Shown: in pieces, positions 21,550 through 26,783 of the stretch
Layout of the letters: every line of letters starts with the position of its first letter
Numbering within the stretch: position 1 is the stretch's first letter
Assembly (NCBI RefSeq): GCF_004010195.1
Contig: NC_057718.1
Location: 20,202,372 to 20,229,154 of the forward strand
Reading direction: 5' to 3'
DNA: 26,783 bases
DNA from: Chiloscyllium plagiosum
Lineage: Eukaryota
Program-made: the position numbers and the translations under genes
Notes under the pieces: generated by a model
Told to the model about the DNA's origin: nothing
Databases searched by the model: none
Seen by the model: only the letters and a program-made list of their open reading frames with translations

Positions 21550-21832
21550 TGGTGCTTTCCCTGAGGTGGAATGTCAAACGAAGACTTTGTCTACTGTCTT
21601 GGATCAACATAAAATACTTCATAGTACTATTTTGAAGAGATGCAACCCAATGTTCTGATCAATATTTCTTCCCTCAATCAATATTCTCTAAATGTGATTT
21701 TAATTGCTGTCTTGGAAACTTGCTGTGTACCAACTGACAACCAGTTGGTATCAAAAGAACACACCTGGAAAGTGTTTTGATTCAGCCTGAGGTTGCAAAA
21801 TCCACTATATAAATGCAAGTCTTTCTTTCTGT
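21550..21832 (+). mobile_element. Ancient Deu-domain SINE remnant (SacSINE1/AmnSINE1-like)
   Basis: Segments actattttgaaga, caatatttcttccctcaatcaa and cttgctgtg-like, plus the tail ctatataaatgcaagtctttctttct, resemble the recalled DeuSINE consensus. Heavily diverged. Confidence 0.5.
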
Positions 21833-22453
21833 CATAGGAGCAAGGCAGTTCAACCCAGTGTAGGATATGTTTTTTCAAGGTGCCACTAGAAGGGAAATAT
21901 ATTTCCAGTAATACACATAATCTATCACAGTTAATGGTAAATGCTGCTAAGTTGCCAATGAGGGATACTTGTAGTTTTACATAGTCACATTCTCCATTGG
22001 TGCCAGTGCTCCAAACTTTTCCCTACGACGCAAATAGATTAGACTCTCAACACATACAGCCTGATCACATTGCTTCATTTGGAAAAGTTCGACAAAATGA
22101 CAAAAGTGGTTATTTTAATCTAGTTAAAGTGAACATGATCATGTGAAATAAATCTTTAAATGGATTCATACACAGAACTGCAGTTTTTATCAGAAGGTGA
22201 CTTTTTTGTATTATCATACAAGAAGTCAGTTTCGTGTCTACAGTATTTCATTGATTGGTAAAATATTCTCAAAATAAAACCCTGAAGCACGTTGTCATTG
22301 ATTTTATTACAGACATATGCTGTTCAATCTCTATTTTGTTATGTTCATCTGACTTTGTACAAGGTATTCTAAGAGATTTCAAAAACTAAATACTGAATAA
22401 TCATGATTTTCACAGAAGAGTCAACAGTCACATATTTCAATGTCAAGTTTTTT

Positions 22454-22747
22454 TTAGATTAGATTCCCTACAGTGTGGGAACAGGCCCTTCGTCCCAACA
22501 AGTCCACACAGACTCTCGGAAGAGCAACCCACCCAGACCTGTTTCCCTCTGACTAAAATACCTAACACTATGGGGTAATTTAGCACGGTCAATTCACCTG
22601 ACCTGCACATCTTTGGACTGTGGGAGGAAACCCACGCATACACTGGGAGAATGTGAAAACTCCACACAGTCACCCGAGGCTGGAATAGAACCTGGGACCC
22701 TGGTGCTGTGAGGCAGCAGTGCCAACCATTGAGTATCGTGCCACCCC
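22454..22747 (-). mobile_element. tRNA-derived V-SINE (HE1-like), decayed copy
   Basis: Aligns with 23415-23728. Decayed A and B boxes, V-domain and (AATCT)n tail. Confidence 0.85.
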
Positions 22748-23414
22748 AAGTCTTGCTAATATTCCTAAACTGAGTTAATAACAATAAAATTTGGCCTTTC
22801 AATCATCGTAAAATAGCGAATCTGAGGAACCCAATGCTACGGCAGTGAGCAGAGGTTTATAAAAGACCAGTATCAGGAAAAAGTTATTGTGGGGTAAGGG
22901 AGGATTCATTTAGGACTGGTGAGCATTTGGATACTGCCTGGCAATGTCTGACAGCAAGCACAGAAGTGATTAAAGAATGGGATCCTCTGCTACAGAAAAG
23001 AGACTTAAGTGATTTGATCTTTATCTGGGTGGAGAAAGGGAGACCAGCTAGGAGACCAGAGCATGGACGAGAAAAAAATTATAGGTGAAGCTGAGGTAAA
23101 GGCAGAAATGGGCAATATAATGATGATCAGAGTCTGTATTCTTGTTTTGGACTGCATATGAAGTCAAATTCTCAATATGAGATTGAATACCATACTGAGA
23201 TGTTAAACAGAAATTCAGTCTGAGATAAGGTTGGACTTAATGGAAAGGATAGAGAGTTTGAGATGAAGGGTTGAAGACAATGGATTTGGCTTCTATTACA
23301 TCTAACTGAAAACAATTGTGCTTCATTTTAAGTAAGTTGGTGGATAAGGAATCTCACATGCATGTGAAGTTATTAGAAAGGTAAACTGGCTATACATGTG
23401 TTTTCTGGCACAGT

Positions 23415-23728
23415 GATTAGATTAGACTCCCTACAGTGTGGAAACAGGCCCTTTGGGCCAACAAGTCCACACCGACCCTCCGAAGACCCACCGAGACCCA
23501 TTTCCCTCTGACAAATGCACCTTATACTATGGGCAATTTAGAATGGCCAATCCACCTAACTTGCACATTTTTGGCCTGTGGCAGGAAACTGAAACACCCA
23601 GAGGAAACCCACGCAGACACCAGGAGAACGTGCAAACTCCACACAGACAGTTGCCTGAGGCCGGAATCGAACCTGGGTCTCTGGTGCTGTGAGGCAGCAG
23701 TGCTAACCACTGAGCCACCGTGCAACCC
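23415..23728 (-). mobile_element. tRNA-derived V-SINE (HE1-like), near full length
   Basis: Minus-strand A box TGGCTCAGTGG (23717-23707) and B box GGTTCGATTCC (23673-23663). V-domain ctgtctgtgtggagtttgcacgttctcc..gtgtctgcgtgggtttcctc. 3' tail gggagtctaatctaatc. Confidence 0.9.
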
Positions 23729-24669
23729 CTAGTGCCTTTTGATGATTTCCCCCTGGGGTCACAAATGGGGAAGGGGTCAAGAATTGATGTTTGGAGCAAT
23801 TCTGTTAGTAATTGGATGGGAAAGACCGTAGTCCTGTTGATCTGGGATTAGTCAAGTTGAAAACTGGAAAAAAGTTGAGGGAAACTTCATCATGGTCAGA
23901 AAGGGCACTTGTAGCTGATTAAAACTATTTCAGTACTGTGATAAGAAGTTTAGAAAGATTTTTACATGGAGTTTCTGGAAAAATGGTTGCAAATTTTAAT
24001 GGCTGCAACACTCATGTGGTTTGCAAAAAGGGCTAGGATCAATTTCTTGAAGCATGACAGTATAACGTGAAGGTTTTTTTTTAATTGCCTGTGCCAACAT
24101 CTGCAAGAGTACTAATTAGAATGGGTGTCTTTTGCTCACTAAATTGTTCCTTGTAAATAGCAATGATAAAATAAACTGCCCAAATAAAAGCTGTCTGTGG
24201 AAATGATCTAAAATGATATGAGTTGCAATGTTCATCCTCAAAATGGAAAATGTGAGCAACTCCTACCTTGCCAGCTTCCTGAGGCAATCTAATTTCTTTC
24301 AAACTAAACGTAAAGTGCAATGGGTGTTGGACAACTGAAATTTAAAAAGAGATGGAGAAATTCAGCAGGTCTGGCTACATTTGTGAATAGAGTTTATCTG
24401 CTGGATCTGCTGAGATTCTCCAGTACTTTGGAAGAAATTTAAAATGTTGTGTTGCACTCATTTGGAGATGATCCTCTGCTCTAAATAGAGCCACTTTTTC
24501 AGATTCTTTAAAAGTTACAGCAAATGTGATTGTTAATTAATCCTCCTTGTTAATAAACATGGTCAAATGTTTTACAAAAATGCAAATATTTCAAGTTGAG
24601 TTTCCTCTCCTAATTTAAAATATTTCGATGCTTACTTATGTAAAATCTGATGACCAAAAAACTTGGTTA

Positions 24670-25400
24670 AAGAGCGAGGTTTAGTAACTATCTTAAAGGA
24701 GGAAAGTGAGGCAGAGAGTTTAAGAATAGTATTCCAGAACTAAGGCCGAGATACAGCCACCCTGGGCTAAAAACTTAATGCAGATAACTGAGTGGATTTT
24801 GGTGCTTGAGATTATAAGAGGGACAGGTAAGTCAAGGCTTTACAAACTTGGATGAAAATGTAACGATTAAAGATGTCGTTTGGTCATGAGCCAGTTGAAG
24901 TCAGTGAGTACAGGCACACTGGGATAACAGGACCTGCTGAGAGTTGAGGCAGCAGAATTTTGGATGACCTCCAGTGTACAAAGGAATACTAGCCAGGGGT
25001 GCATTGGAATAATTGGTCTGGAGGTAGAAAAAGCATGAATGTGTTTTTCAACAGCAGATTAGCTAAGACTGGCAATATTTCAGAGGTGGAAATAGGCAGT
25101 CTTGATGATAATACAAATGAGAATTCAAAAGCTCACCTCTGATTAAATGTGAGCAGACTAGTTTTATCTGTTATTTACTTGGGAGAAGAATAAATTTGAT
25201 AGCTAGAAATGGCAGGGACCAAAGCTACACATAGGATGAAATTTCTGCTCGTATAGTCTTGGATTTCAGATGAAATCTGATAATTTAGCCACAGTGGAGT
25301 TGAGAGTTGGCATGATAGAGGGGAGTTCAGCAGCATAGATTCGAAAGCTCACACCATGAGTCTGGATGATGTTGTCCATTGAACTCAAACTTTGTTTCAC
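24670..25400 (-). mobile_element. Old L2-clade LINE fragment, boundaries approximate
   Basis: The minus strand of about 25000-25042 reads as HAFSTSRPIIP, a decayed form of the L2 ORF2 motif HAF(V)TSRLDY. No open frame. Confidence 0.5.
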
Positions 25401-25830
25401 TCAACAGATGCTGCCAGAACTACTGACTTTCCCCATGCCTTGTTTTTTTATCTCAGATTTCTAGCATCTGATGTGCTTTGGCAATATCATCCAGAGCCAT
25501 AATAAAAGGAAAGGACAGTGGATGGATGGGAACAGGAAGGCGGGGCAAGGATACAGTTATTTAATCTAAAATGTTGTTCACAAAAATGCAACAACAGCAG
25601 CACAATCCCATTACCAGGCAGAAGAGTTCCCTCCCAGTTGAGGAACACTTCAACGGTCTGGGACATTCGGCCTCACACCTTCGGGTAACCGTCCTTAAGG
25701 GCTGACTTTGGGAGAAGCAACAACGCCAAGCGGCTGAGCAGACGCTGATAGCAAAGTTTGGTACCCATGGGAATGGCCTCAATTGGGACCTTGGGTTCAT
25801 GTCACACTACAGGTCACTCCACTGCATAAT

Positions 25831-26031
25831 ACACACACACACACACACACACTAACTCCTGCCTACTTGCACACCCACACAGACCCTCCCTCATACACAA
25901 GCTCTCTCTCATATGCATGCATGTACACACTCTCACTGACACGCACCCTCTCATACCAGTACCTACACGCACATTGTTTCACATGCATTCACATGCACAC
26001 TCAATCTGTTGTTCCTGCATATGCACACACA
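25831..26031 (+). repeat. (AC)n microsatellite and degenerate CA-rich tract
   Basis: Pure (AC) run at 25831-25852, followed by CA-rich low-complexity sequence. Confidence 0.9.
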
Positions 26032-26122
26032 TAAGCTTATGGGGTGAATTTTCTTTCAGAATTATATTTTATTTTGCCCAAAAACTGCATGAATCCATGT
26101 AAAACTATACAGAGGGTTTGTC

Positions 26123-26564
26123 AATCTGGCATAGCTTTGGGATACAGAAACACTTCACGCCTATTATTTAAAAACCTGAGCTATCTTGAGAATGTAAGTT
26201 TAAAAAAAGTTCAGGGATTTACATATCAAAGAAGCGAAACCAGCATATCCCATTATAAAAGATGAAAGTTTTAATCTAAGATTGTTTACTGTGTCGCATC
26301 TCCATGACAGTGGACTCCTTTGGCTTTAGATTCTGTGATGTGTAATCTGGCATAGCTTTGGGATACAGAAACACTTCACACCTATTATTTAAAAACCTGA
26401 GCTATCTTGAGAATGTAAGTTTAAAAAAAGTTCAGGGATTTACATATCAAAGAAGCAAAACCAGCATATCCCATTATAAAAGATGAAAGTTTTAATCTAA
26501 GATTGTTTACTGTGTCACATCTCCATGACAGCGGACTCCTTTGGCTATAGATTCTGTGATGTGT
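26123..26564 (+). repeat. Tandem duplication of two 221-bp units (26123-26343 and 26344-26564)
   Basis: Direct alignment shows 5 substitutions by hand count and no indels. Confidence 0.95.
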
Positions 26565-26783
26565 TGCTGGAAAAGCGCAGCAGGTCAGGCAGCATCCAGG
26601 GAACAGGAGAATCGACGTTTCGGGCATAAGCCCTTCTTCGGGAATGAGGAAAGTTTGTCCAGCAGGCTAAGATAAAAGGTAGGGAGGAGGGACTTGGGGG
26701 AGGGGCGTCGGAAATGTGATAGGTGGAAAGAGGTCAAGGTGAGGGTGATAGGTCAGACGGGGGTGGGGGCGGAGAGGTCGGGA
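26559..26783 (-). mobile_element. Terminal repeat of a Penelope-like element (same family as 4942-5147), running off the window end
   Basis: Nearly identical to 4950-5030. The minus-strand hammerhead core is mutated to CCGAAGA-a-GGGC-ttat-GCCC-GAAA-CGTC, and the element continues into longer sequence. Confidence 0.78.

Larger units (their letters stand above)
25610..26564 (+). mobile_element. 3' end of a Neptune-type Penelope-like element: GIY-YIG C-terminus, CA-rich tract and 3' non-coding region
   Basis: 25610-25813 translates ITRQKSSLPVEEHFNGLGHSASHLRVTVLKG*LWEKQQRQAAEQTLIAKFGTHGNGLNWDLGFMSHYR, with HF...H, E..LI..F.T...GLN motifs. The 3' extent is inferred. Confidence 0.75.

Noticed and set aside
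23660..23728. tRNA gene (A and B boxes on the minus strand)
   Set aside because: The boxes are the head of a V-SINE, continuing into the V-domain and LINE-like tail. A second decayed copy lies at 22454-22747.
25783..26102. His/Thr-rich ORFs
   Set aside because: Translations of the CA microsatellite.
26123..26564. CRISPR-like or functional repeat array
   Set aside because: Only two contiguous 221-bp units with no spacers, in a eukaryotic TE context.

Overview
Vertebrate genomic DNA, not prokaryotic. The HE1-like V-SINEs and CR1/Penelope families suggest a cartilaginous fish such as a shark (inference). The window holds the last 12 coding exons of EXO1 (exonuclease 1, Rad2/XPG family) on the + strand, from 629 to the stop at 20979-20981. 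They join in one open frame of about 785 codons; the first ~54 codons lie upstream of the window. Notable splicing features are a probable GC-AG intron (1305-1968), a U12 minor-spliceosome GT-AG intron (6848-9204) that contains a duplicated copy of its own exon end and donor, and two competing acceptors at the last exon. Introns and the downstream region are rich in transposable elements: CR1, L1 and L2 LINE remnants, two Penelope-like elements with GIY-YIG domains, short palindromic Penelope-terminus insertions carrying hammerhead-ribozyme cores, two Tc1/mariner-type MITEs, two V-SINEs and a Deu-like SINE. An assembly gap lies at 14067-14289. Most ORFs in the supplied track are spurious or TE-derived.
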